This document shows positions 34,678 to 46,400 of a DNA stretch of 64,000 nt, one piece after another. The stretch comes from a virus: IMG/VR virus record IMGVR_UViG_3300008963_000001, positions 1 to 64,000 of that record, one strand, 5' to 3'. The position numbers were made by a program, and so were the translations under genes. How positions within the stretch are numbered: the stretch's first letter is position 1; every line of letters starts with the position of its first letter. The notes under the pieces are model-generated. The model saw only the letters and a program-made list of their open reading frames with translations, made no database searches and had not been told where the DNA came from.

Positions 34678-36825
34678 CTATTCAAAAGTAGTCTCGAACT
34701 CGGCTGGTCCAGATCGTATTATATAATTTAGAGTCAAATAAGGGTTCATAATACCAACAGCAGTTCCTAAATTTACAGTTTCTGGTTTCTTTATACCGCC
34801 CGAATCATATAGGTATTGTGCTTGTCCAGGCTGTGTTCCGCCAAGGCCCGATACACCCGATGCGTTAATTGCTGAATCTGGCAGTACTGCACCGTACTGT
34901 ATGCCGTCTGCTATCATATCGTGGCTGTGCTCAGGAAGATTACTTAACTGTAGTTCGACGTTGCTCGCGCCGCTTGATGCGCCTAAGGTTGTTGATTCGA
35001 TGCCTTCTACGCGCTCAGGCGACGGTATGCCGCCGCCGGCGTCTACATAGGCACCTGTTGGGCTTCCTGTTAACGGAACCTGATCGCCGTTGTCCATGTT
35101 ATGTCTACCCAAAGCAAATCTTCCTCTTAGATCGGGTAGCCTAAAAGTGTTTATCCCTCGCACCGGTTCTGTTCCGTTGTATGTTGTACCTAAGATATCG
35201 AACAACTGAGGATATTTTGCAATTTCTACCTCACTGCCGTCACAAAGCAAATAACCAACTGGAGGATTTTGTCCTGCATATGGAATGATTGCGCCGATTG
35301 GCATGCCTAAGTCGCCAACAAACACATCACGTGACTGTTTGTATAAACCTGTATCTGAGCCTTCGGATCTAAATGTTAAAACAAAGTCTGATCGTTGACT
35401 TTGTGTCGGAAAAGGTTCAGGTTTATCGTTAATAATCGCAGATGTAAGCGAAGTTTGGAATATTTTTGTTCTAGTCCCAACTTGGCCGTCAAATTGTATT
35501 GGAGCAGAAGTTACATCTCCTGCCAACTGAAAACTGGTTATGTCTTGTAGTGCTGTTGCGGTTGCGGCATTTCCTGATATGTTACCGTCGATTGTTCCTA
35601 CAATTTCGTCTGCTCGAATGCGTACAGCATTAATTTCTTTCCATCGACTATTTTGCGTGCCTAAAACATATTGTCCGGTATTAGAGGGAAGTATATCTGT
35701 CGCGGTTGTTTGATCAAGCACTTCTAAAGTGCTTCCTATTTTTAAGTTTTTTGTAATAGACATCCCGCCAGCGGTAGAAATGCTACCATTGTTGAGATTT
35801 GTACTTTCCGAATTATCTTGTATCGATAATCTACCTTCTGCGATTCCTACATTGCCTACTACATCTAAGGCATTTGTAGGAGATAACGTATTGATGCCTA
35901 CCCTGTCATCTATTATACGCACAATAGTAGAAGGAATATTATTTCTATTTGTCTGTATGTCTATCGAACTTCCTACAGCATTGTTAAAAATTTTCGCTGT
36001 GTTTGCGCCGTCTGACAACAACCGAAAGCTGCTATCGATGCCAATATTAAGTCCATTATTATTTCTAATATTAAATGATTGATCAGTTGTGTTGACGGTG
36101 TCGTTACGCAAAAATCTACTCGAGGGGACTGTTTCGCTTCCTACAACTAAGCTTTCTGATTCAGTTGCTGTTCCTATTAATTTAGGTAACACTCCGCCGA
36201 AAAGTTCTGTAAACTGATTACGTTCGTTTTCGTCGCCGGGTGTAGTTATATTAATTCCTGCCGATATACTATCAAAACCAGTAATTTCTACCTTTGGTGT
36301 AAATGTGTCTTTACTTACTATAGCTACTGGGAGATCTGCCAAATAAAGTATCAATATAGATCTACTTATATTATTGGTATCAGTTATAGTTTCAACAGCA
36401 GGCCCGTATCTCAAACCATCAATTGTGCTTTCTTGAGGACCAACAAGAAGCCATCTCTGTCCAGTAAATATCCTCAGTTGCTGATTTGCAGTATCAACCC
36501 ACAATTCTCCTACATTAGAATCTTCAACGGCAGGCTGAGCTACGCCTCGTTGTATATTAGATGCAGCACGCCAATTTGTATTATCGAATATTTGTAAAAT
36601 ACCACTGTCTGTGTCGTACCACAATTGTCCTTCTACAGGGTTGACGGGTTGCTCATTGTCTGCAAAATTTTCGAGCAACTTTAGAAAGTTTTCTCCGATT
36701 ATCTGTCCATAGCCTGTTACATTTCTCCCTGGAAAAGTAAGGCTTGTGTCGGTATTAGATGTATTATCAAATACAGTAATAGGACTTTTATTTTCGCTGT
36801 CTGTAAAATTAATAATATATGGCAT
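34678..36825 (-). CDS. Short tail fibre-like protein with collar domain, paralog 4
   Basis: 715 aa; shared N-domain; PIGAIIPYAG...GYLLCDG...FRLPDLRGRF; HSH tip; NPYLTLNYII. Confidence 0.85.
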   Translation of the reverse strand: MPYIINFTDSENKSPITVFDNTSNTDTSLTFPGRNVTGYGQIIGENFLKLLENFADNEQPVNPVEGQLWYDTDSGILQIFDNTNWRAASNIQRGVAQPAVEDSNVGELWVDTANQQLRIFTGQRWLLVGPQESTIDGLRYGPAVETITDTNNISRSILILYLADLPVAIVSKDTFTPKVEITGFDSISAGINITTPGDENERNQFTELFGGVLPKLIGTATESESLVVGSETVPSSRFLRNDTVNTTDQSFNIRNNNGLNIGIDSSFRLLSDGANTAKIFNNAVGSSIDIQTNRNNIPSTIVRIIDDRVGINTLSPTNALDVVGNVGIAEGRLSIQDNSESTNLNNGSISTAGGMSITKNLKIGSTLEVLDQTTATDILPSNTGQYVLGTQNSRWKEINAVRIRADEIVGTIDGNISGNAATATALQDITSFQLAGDVTSAPIQFDGQVGTRTKIFQTSLTSAIINDKPEPFPTQSQRSDFVLTFRSEGSDTGLYKQSRDVFVGDLGMPIGAIIPYAGQNPPVGYLLCDGSEVEIAKYPQLFDILGTTYNGTEPVRGINTFRLPDLRGRFALGRHNMDNGDQVPLTGSPTGAYVDAGGGIPSPERVEGIESTTLGASSGASNVELQLSNLPEHSHDMIADGIQYGAVLPDSAINASGVSGLGGTQPGQAQYLYDSGGIKKPETVNLGTAVGIMNPYLTLNYIIRSGPAEFETTFE

Positions 36826-36828
36826 CTA

Positions 36829-37467
36829 TTAAACCTCGTTGAAGCCCGTCAAACTTTGAATACGTATAGTGTAGTCTATTTGGAGCAGTCGATTAAGTGA
36901 CTTCTGAACAGGATGGAAAATAACATGTGTTAAAAGTTTGCCAGAACCGTTTGGATCAAACGATCTAAGACCCAGTTCGTCAAAAACAAATTCGCCATCA
37001 AGGTCAACGGAATTATCAAATGCTTCTTGTTCATCCGGCTCGCCATAATCTAGCAAACAGCTTACAACTATATCACTGTAAGTTGCACCACTAATATGTC
37101 TCACTTCGGTTTTATTTCTAAACGGATCACTATTTTCTATGGAATTTTGATCTATTACTTTAGAATATGTTTGATTATAAAGACTAGAATTTGTTCCAAT
37201 TGTATTTGGAGTAAGATATGTAATTAATCCCGTAGGATCAACTGTTGTTCCTCCAGATCCGAAATCCATTTGAAAAAGCGTTCCAATGCCTTGATTTGAC
37301 AAAGAATTGGCTAGTGCAATACTCATGTTTTCATAATGTATTGCATTTCTTTTGTCTATAAAAACCTCATTAGACGCAGGATCGTATATTTTTATATGGC
37401 CTTCGACATGAAAACCTGTTGTTTCGTCTGGTTTTTTAGATGGTTGCGTGTTATTTTCCATTGACAT
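36829..37467 (-). CDS. Putative baseplate wedge / fibre-attachment protein
   Basis: 212 aa; GHIKI...KRNAI...FGSGG...FDELGL...IDYTIRI; TAAATA box at 37489-37484 upstream. Confidence 0.65.
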   Translation of the reverse strand: MSMENNTQPSKKPDETTGFHVEGHIKIYDPASNEVFIDKRNAIHYENMSIALANSLSNQGIGTLFQMDFGSGGTTVDPTGLITYLTPNTIGTNSSLYNQTYSKVIDQNSIENSDPFRNKTEVRHISGATYSDIVVSCLLDYGEPDEQEAFDNSVDLDGEFVFDELGLRSFDPNGSGKLLTHVIFHPVQKSLNRLLQIDYTIRIQSLTGFNEV

Positions 37468-37483
37468 CTCTTAATTTGCTATG

Positions 37484-37489
37484 TATTTA
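37484..37489 (-). promoter_or_regulatory. TAAATA late-promoter box
   Basis: Overlaps the stop codon of the giant ORF; 16 nt before ATG 37467. Confidence 0.55.
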
Positions 37490-40400
37490 TTCAGGTAATT
37501 CGGTATTCTTTTCCTGTATGAATTTTGCGATAACAGAGTTGTTATCAATCAGCGATTCTCCAGTTGTAGCTGTGCTTTCGCCTCTGTCATACCAAGAAGA
37601 GCCGGTTTTCTTAATCACTGTAATTCTAGTTCCGGCCTCAGGAACAGCAGTAAGTCTGATAAAAGTGTCTTCGCCAGACACACTAAAATCTGCTTCAACT
37701 GTTTCGTCAGATTCTGGGCTGTATGCTCCTAATTCGGCATTAAACATTTGTCTAGGTGTTTTAACCAGTCGGCGACCGCCTACAAAAACTTCAACGTCGT
37801 TGCACTGATAATAGTTGTTTGGAATTGTGTTTCTAAACCAATTTTTTATATCAGTCTTTTGAGGAATAAACGGTAGAGGTCCTATCAAGTTCGAACTGCC
37901 GTCAGATACAAAATCAATTCTTTCTTGCGATTCTGAATATGGAATTATATCACTTATTCCCTGTGATACTATTTTAGAACCTGCTGAATAAGACTCACCA
38001 ATAGGCGATCCTAGTGCTCCTCTTCTAAGTTGGCTTAGTGTATTGCCTGTTTTGTTAAAATATTCAATTTTTTCGCCGTCGATTTCGATCATTCCCGGCC
38101 GATTTTTCTCTGTATCAGGTTCATATAGTAATTCTGCATTTGAGACTACAATTTCTGTGTCATAATAATTCAAATCCTGCTGTAATACAATATCATTTTT
38201 ACTGTATCTAAAGAATCTATCTACATTAAGCATGTCTTTGTGTATCTCATAGGCACTAGGCAGAGAGAATACATCATTGCCGAAGGCAAATATTTTAATG
38301 ATGTCTGATTCCGTTGTTTGACTGTTTAAATAAACACTTCTTTTGTCTGGTGACAAATAATATTCGCTGTCCAATGTTAATCGTTCTCCGTTTAGGTAAA
38401 CGTAAAGGAAACTGGCAGATACTGGTTCAAAATTCAGCTCAAATTTTACTTGGCCTCCTGAATATTCGTCGCTGATAAATTCTTGCGAAGGGTACTGTCT
38501 AAACCATGTAATCTGAATTGTGTCACTGTGCTGTAAGTCTACAGATTCTGATATAATTAAATTGTTTTCGTTAATTCTAAAATCTGTTCTAAAGTCGTTT
38601 TCTATTTTTATAACGTCTCCTTCTACAAGAGCTTCTTCATTTATAATAACAGTTTTAGTTGTTCCATTAAACACGTAATCAGTAATAAATTCTAACTGCT
38701 CATTGTTTTTAAACACAGTTAAATTAGCATTTAATATAGATCCTGCACTTTCTTCAGGATCTGTGCCAATTACAATTTCATTATTGGTCCCGTCATATAT
38801 TTTAACAACTGTGTCAACACCTCGCAGTACACGATTATTGACTTCTACAAGAACACTGCTGTTTTCAGCACCTTCTTGCAGATTAGCATAGTCAGTAATT
38901 TCAAAAGATCTCGTGCTGCCATCGTGCTGGGAAGATTCTTGGTTAATGGTCACTATGTCCGACTCGCTAGAAGTTAAATTAGAATAAGCACCAAGTGCAA
39001 CAATCTTTATTGAGTCATTAAATTCTGGAGCATTACCAAACTGGACTAAAGTTTTATCTGGCTGATCAGTTAGCTCGGTACTATCAATAAATTCAACATC
39101 GGTTTGTATTCCGTTTACTGTAACAAAAATTGAGCTTGTTAGATCAAAATTAGCACTTGTTAAAAACAGCGAAGTTTCTCCGTCGCCTACATATTCTTTA
39201 AAATCAATTATTCTAAGACCGCCTAAACCAATTGAAAATATTTCTATAGTAGATCCTGTTGCGGGCGGGTCAAAGAATTCCAATGTATAACTATTGAGAT
39301 TTAAATCGTAGTCTGTTTCAAAAGTTTTCTGCTGTTTGTCAACGTAAACTATTACAGATTTTGTTTCTAGAATCGTTTGGCCTATGTCGAAAAATCTAGT
39401 GCTTCCGTCTCCAACGATTTTACGAGTAAGTGCTGGTGTTGTACCAGAAATTGAATTCTGATAAACTGTAATTGACAAACTGTCTAAAACCTGTCCTGGA
39501 ACATTTTCTTCGGTTGCAGGAGTATTTTCTGGAGTATTATAGCCATCGCCGTCTATGGATATTTCCTCTGGCGTGCTTCCGTTTGCAGTAATGTAGGCAT
39601 TGTCTATACTGGAAAGAGTGCCTCCCGACAGTCTTGTGTCTAATACATTAATATCATTTATTGTTACAGAACCGTCAGAATCTGCAGGACGGAATATTAA
39701 GGTATCTCCGTCATTTAGACTAACGTATGACCCTATCTCAACAGTTCTACTTGTGCCATCGCCTACAAATGTAGGCATAACTGCATTTTTGTTTGTTACA
39801 AGACTAGAATCTCCGTCGGAAGCAAAATTAGGGTCGTCTATCCGTACTGTAGTAGGCATATTGAATTCCGAAGAATACTGCAAATTATCAATTGTAGGTT
39901 CCGGTATATTTTGTTGCCTTTGCAGATAAACGTTTATTTCTTGCCCTTGTGCAGGAATAAAGGGCAAATCTATGGAGTTAGTCGACCCATCTACAACAAC
40001 ATAAAAATCGGATTCGGACTCAACACTGTCCCAGGAATCCGTAAACCATGGAAGTGCATCCCAACCGCCGGTAACATCAAACGTTGTTCCTTGAATCTTA
40101 ACACCGCCATAATCAACGCCGGTCATTAGCTGATCTAAATCTTTCCCTTTCATTCCTGTTCCAGGACTGTAAAAGGAATCAATACGATCTACTGCATCGA
40201 AAATTTCTTGGTTAATGGTGTATGTAATTTCAATACTATCGCCAACAGCAGGTGGTTCGACAAAAGTAATCTGTCCTTTAAGGGCATTATAACCATTTAC
40301 GTTCTGTTTAAACAGTGTAATCGAATAATCGCTATCTAGTGCAAGTTGGTTGTTAATGCTAACTGAAATATTCTCGTTGGAATTAGACGGCGGATACTTT

Positions 40401-43400
40401 AACGAATAAACCGCAGACGAGCCCGTTCCAACAAATGTTTCAGAGTTGGTAAATTTTTGGTAATTGCCTAGCGCAGAAAGTCTATCAAACTTAATTGTTA
40501 AGTCCATTGATCTCACTTTCGAATCGCCTATTATTGCTACTGCTCTTGCAACGGTATCGCCGGTGCTTGTTCCTCCAACTAGTTTAATTTGAGGTGCTTT
40601 GGTATATCCTTGTCCTTGATTAAGTATTTTTACACCACGCACTCGGCCATTGGCAATATAGGCAATTGCCTCTGCTCCTGTGCCGTCTCCTTCAATAAGC
40701 ACTCTCGGCTGTGCCACATAATTGCTACCTGGATCGGTAACTTCAATATTGACAACCCCAAATCCGTTGTTGTCTAACCACCATCTCCACGGATATTCCT
40801 GAACAATAGGATCCGTAGATTGAGTTGGAACAACCCGGCCTTGTGTAGAATTATAATAGGCAGGCAAGTCGAAATCGGTTGTAGAAGTTCTCGACTCGTC
40901 TGTGTTTTTATATTTGCTTACAAATTCTCTAATAGAAGATCGATAGGGTTTTACTTCATTGACATAATCTTCGTAACTTTCGAGGCTGTCATTTTCATAG
41001 TTTATTTTCTGTTTTAGATTACCTACACGATGAGTTGCTTTGAGAAAACTTGTTTTAAACAACCAATCTACATATGCCTGCTCTACTAACACATATCGCA
41101 TGGTTGCAAAGAACAGTTTATTGTATTCCTGTGCGTAAGTTCCTATAAAAATGTCATTTTTAACAGCTTTTAAAATATTCCTTATTTCTTGCGAATTATT
41201 ATTGTCATAAAAGCCGCCATCATAGGCACTTGCAGAGTCATAACCTATTCCAGCTAGTGAAGTATCAAAAATAGATCTGTCAAATTGAATAGTGCCACGT
41301 TCACGACCTACTAGTGTGTATTTGTTTAAGAAATCACTTTCACTGTCGGATACTTTTTCAAAAACAGCCCAGCCGCCTGAACCGTATTCTTGTATTCTTA
41401 ACAGATCTCCTATTTCAACTTCTACAGTCGGTTCTTGTGCAACACTTTGTATTTCTTTAACGATGCTGCGTTCGGCGCTATAACCTTCCTTCCAAAAATC
41501 TGCAAACGACCAATATCTTGCGGTGTCGAACGCCTGAGATAAGCTTCGGAAAAATACTTGTCTCTGGTCGTCCCAACTGTAAATCCCCCAAAATCCATTT
41601 GCGTTAGAATCTGATTTTACTAGAACTGCAAATCTTCTTGCTTTTAAGGTAATTTCTGTGTAATTTCGACCTCTCCTAGTGACAGTCACGCCGTTTACTC
41701 TGCCCTGATTATCTATTGTAACTTCAACTTCAGCATTTTCCCCGTTACCTTCTATTTCTACAATAGGAGCAATTTTATATCCAAACCCAGGATCTAAAAT
41801 TTCTACTGTTTCCAGTTCTCCGTCGGCTAGATTGGGTTTTAAAACTGCCTGTTTTAATCTAGATGTTCCGATAGACTGTAAATCTTCAAACACATCCACT
41901 TCAGTATCATACAGATTTAGCAAAGGACTAGGTGTAGTATCTACTAAATTCAAATTCTCAAAACTGATAGTGTCTGCAAACGGTTCTTGCCTTAGCACAG
42001 TATTAACTCGATCAGTTACGATTTCTAAAGCTTTAAACCTGTCAACAAACATACTTTGTCTTGGCCTATACAGTATACCATACTTTTGTTTTGTTGGAAG
42101 ATTTTCAGCAGGGACCTTTAACCCTGCAGAGTTGTACCCTACAAGACTGTCTATCCATTTGTTTTCTAATTTTTTATTAGGAACGCTTGTTGCTACGCCT
42201 TCTGACAACAACTGCCACTCGCTGTGAACAGGATTTTGTTTTTGTAGTGATGTATAAAATTCAAAGTTTACTAACGATGTTGACTCATTAACAACATTAT
42301 CAAAATTATATAGAATAAAACTGTTGGGTCCGCTTAGGCCTATAAATGCAGATCCGACGCTTTGTGGGTTTTCAATTAAATCTCTAATGCTAGCTGCGCT
42401 AAGATTCTTGGTTAACTCGTCGCCGACAATTGTTTTATTTCTTACCCAGTAGTAGTATAAGGTTTGTGTTGGCTGTTGAGTATCGGGGTCGAACAAGGTT
42501 TTAACCGAATACACGTTGTCTTCAGGATACAACGGTTGTCCTGAAACTCCAAGGTTTAACCCTTCTGTTGTGTCGGCTAAAAGACTCCATTGGCTAGGTA
42601 GCAGGCGCGACTCGACCCATTCGTAGATGTCGATCCTCGATCCTGTCACTTGTCGATTCCAATTTCCTAATCTATAAGATAGTTCTCCTTGTTCGTAATC
42701 TAGCCACTTCGCTGTAGAGACATCCCACCAAATTTTTCCTACGTTTCGATCAGCCCACGCGGTTTGAGGATCAACCACCGCATCGAGCTCTAAGCTAAAG
42801 CTATATACTGCCGGATCGTAGCTGGTTTTAAAATCTATCTGTGATTCTGCAATGTTTAAAATTTTTCCTTTGGCAGAATCTACAACATCTAGGTCTTGTA
42901 TCTTAACACTGTTTATGTTATCGTATAATTCAGTAGATTTTACTAGATCAATATTAGTTTTAGCTTGTTGTTGCGCAATGGTCCTCAATGATTCTGCGTT
43001 TACAAGTTTATTGAAGGTTCTAAATTTCCCTCTGCCGCCATCTTCTAATCTATAGTGCGGAGATCCCACAACAATATTATTACCTTCTGCATCTACGCTA
43101 GAACCAAAACCTTCGTTTGCTTGTAAATCTTCTTGTATTTTTTCGGCTAAGAAATATTTGCTTCCTTTTAGTTCAAACAGGTAGACCGAGCCTGCATATC
43201 CCGGCTCTTCAAAAAACTCTGTAGTACGTTCGTCAAACACTGTTGAGTTGTTGTCGAATCTCACAGGTGGTGCGTAAGGAGAGTTTTTAGCTCCTACTGC
43301 AATTTTACTAGTATCCGAGCTGATAGAAATGCTGCTTCCAAAAAATTCATTAGGATATCTTTCAAAGCTGCTGATGTCCTGTGCTAGACTGAATGTGTTT

Positions 43401-46400
43401 CCAGTATTTCGAAATATGTATACAGAACCTTGATTTTGTAAGTTTATATCGGCCTTGGGGCTAGATACTACCAGCAATGATCCGGCAGCGTCAACATCTA
43501 AATCAAAACCAAACTCGTCGCCCGAGCTTATTTCTATAAACTGGCTGTCGTCGGCTAAAATCGTGCTGGTTGATATTGTCTGGTCTAAGACATATTTTCC
43601 TAGATCATTTTTCTTAAATACAAAAACTTTACCGGTCGGAGTTGCGGTGCTGTCTCCAATATTTTTCCACGGCAGGCCGACTGGTTCTTGTCCGTAACTG
43701 AATATTGAGGAATCAGATGTTTCTAGATCATTTACCAATTGATGATACGATCCTTGATATTTTACAACATCATTTTCTTTGTATTCGTAATCACTTCTCC
43801 AGACGCCTTTGTAGTTTTCAAAATATTGATCGTCGGCAAACGGTGCGCTGACAGCAAGAACAGAACCATCTGTGTTTGATTTTATTCTATGGCCAAACTG
43901 CTCGCCTTCAGAAATAAGTGGTAATACTTCTGTGTCTGTTGCGCCGAAGTTCAGTGTAGAATCAAAAAATGTTTGTGTTGTGTCTAACTGCAACATCGGT
44001 CCTAAATGACCAGCGGAAGCAATTGTCCATGCGTTGCTTTCGACCGGGTATTTGATATTTGCCTCGCTAGCAGGGAAAACATTTTGCTGAGCTTGATAAA
44101 GATTTCCATCAAACCATACAATACTGCCCACCGGATAGAAAGGATTAGTTCTTACAGTTCCGTTGCTGATAAAACCAGCCTGGTCACCGTCAATCTTTGC
44201 TATGATTCTATCACCCACAGAATAGAATATTCCAGTAGAGCCGTTAATTTCATTCCAATCTGTATCACCTAGTGTTTCTATGAGTAGATCTTGGCCTGTT
44301 TTAATTTGATTAATAGGCAAGACTGTGCCAGGATCATAAGCACCTGCAAAACTATAATCTGTAGCATGTATCCAATCATTGCCTACGTATTTGTACACAT
44401 AGACGGCACCGGTGCTGTTGTTTGCTCCGGGAGCAGAAACAAACATTGTATATTCGTCGTTGTTTTTGCTGATTGAAATTTGTGATCCGAACAGCTCTAG
44501 GTCTGTCGGTCTAGGACTTACAAAGCTAAACTCATGCTCCCATTGATCATTCTTATATTCATATATGTCTATCATCCCTTGAGATGCAAGCGAGCTTCTT
44601 CGACCGGTGAATGTTGCTGGAATGTTTTTAGCAAATTGCCATCTATCATTATATACATCAATTGTGCTGCCGTCGCCTTCGATTTCTTCTTTGGGTGTCC
44701 ATAATAGTCCATCGTGCAACACAATATCTCGACTAGAATAATTGCCTCTTGGGTCAAAAGCACCTTTATAGTTGCTTGGAACATCGCCGGCCTTAGGAGA
44801 GCCTACAGCAAGCCATTTTTCGTCAGGGCTTACAGCTATTGATTCTCCGAACGACCTTTCTACGAAGCTGGATAGGCCAGGAACAGGTTGGACAATTTGT
44901 TTTAAATCCAACGATTTTCTATTATCTAGGTAAACAGGAATACTAGCTGTAGCTGGATCTGACGCTAATATTTGCTTTTTATTTGCAATGTACTTTACAA
45001 CAGAGCCTAATCTACCCGGTTGACTGATAGCATCTTCGCTAACGTTTTTTGATTGATATAATTTTTGTTTTTCTAAGACTGACCATTTATTATTTTGATC
45101 GCTATCAACAAACAATTTAGAGCCTTCGCGAAGATGTGCAACAGCATCTTCTGGCATGCTTTCGTAATCAACAAATCTTGCTTCTTCGAGTCTATAAACT
45201 GATGCCTGGGTGCTATCGTCTGGCTCGGGATCGTCTGCATCGGGCGCCTTTAGTATGGTTACGGTTTTAGGTCCAATGCTTTGGATCTGATAGATACCAT
45301 TAAAATTTGTAATATTTTTAAAACCAACATATTCATCTGGTTGAAAATTGTGATAACGATTAAACTCAACTGTTATCGTATTGGTATCAGCAACGATTCC
45401 TGTTACACTTAGTTCAGGAGTAAGTAAAAATCTTAAAACAGTCCAATCTCTTCCGTCGAACGTAATCCAAATATGATCTCCATCGACTATATCTTCGATG
45501 TTAAGTGCCGGCAAGTCTTGTCTAGTACGAACTACAAATTCAGTTTGATCTGTTCTTACGTACCCTGCTGTTCGAGATGCATGTGTCGCGGCCGTTACAG
45601 GTATTACATCAGTAACAAACTTATCGTTGCCGATAGTAAAGTTGTCTGCATTAATTCTATAATAAAAATCGGCTGCGTTGTCTGTGTTTCCGTCAATTAA
45701 AACCAGTTGCGGGTCTGATTCGAATTTATCCTTTCTTAGTTCAATTTCATATTCTTGAGTCTGATCTATACCTCCCAAGAAGCCCGAACGAATTGCCCAT
45801 TCCTCATTTAATTCTAGACTGTCTTCGTCTGCGTTGTCACTTAATTTATCGAAAACCTTGTCTAGTGCATTTCTTGTGCCTTTTTCCTGTATAAATCCTT
45901 GATATAATCTAAATTGTGTTACAGGATCTTCCGCAATATTCTGCAGATATTGTCTAGGTTGATATCCAATATTGTGTCGTGCAAGCAGTTTTTGATTTTC
46001 GCTGATTCCGCTGCTTGTTACTTCAAAATAGTCTTCAAAGCTGTTAATTCTATAATCAAAGTTAGGAACAAGTTGTTTTTCTGGCTGAGAATCTAGTTTA
46101 GACCAATTGCTGTCATCAAAAAACTCTTTACCAGTTTGATTTCTAAGGCTTACCCAATTATAACTTTTATATCTAACAATGTCGCCTAAGTTATAGTCTA
46201 CAAACGGCTGCCAGTCTCTAATGTTTACGTTATCGAACAAGAAACCAGGAGAAGTATAATCGCCGTCCCAATCTACAGTTCTAAAACCTTGTGATTTAAT
46301 TCTACCTTGCCTATAACCTGTGGATTTGTCATATATTACATCATTAAACACTGTTCTATCAGTAAACACTGTGACGTGTTCTTTGAGCACATAATTCAAT

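Noticed and set aside
30657-36825. DGR or invertible tail-fibre cassette
   Set aside because: No reverse transcriptase or invertase, and no near-identical template/variable repeats or flanking inverted repeats were seen.
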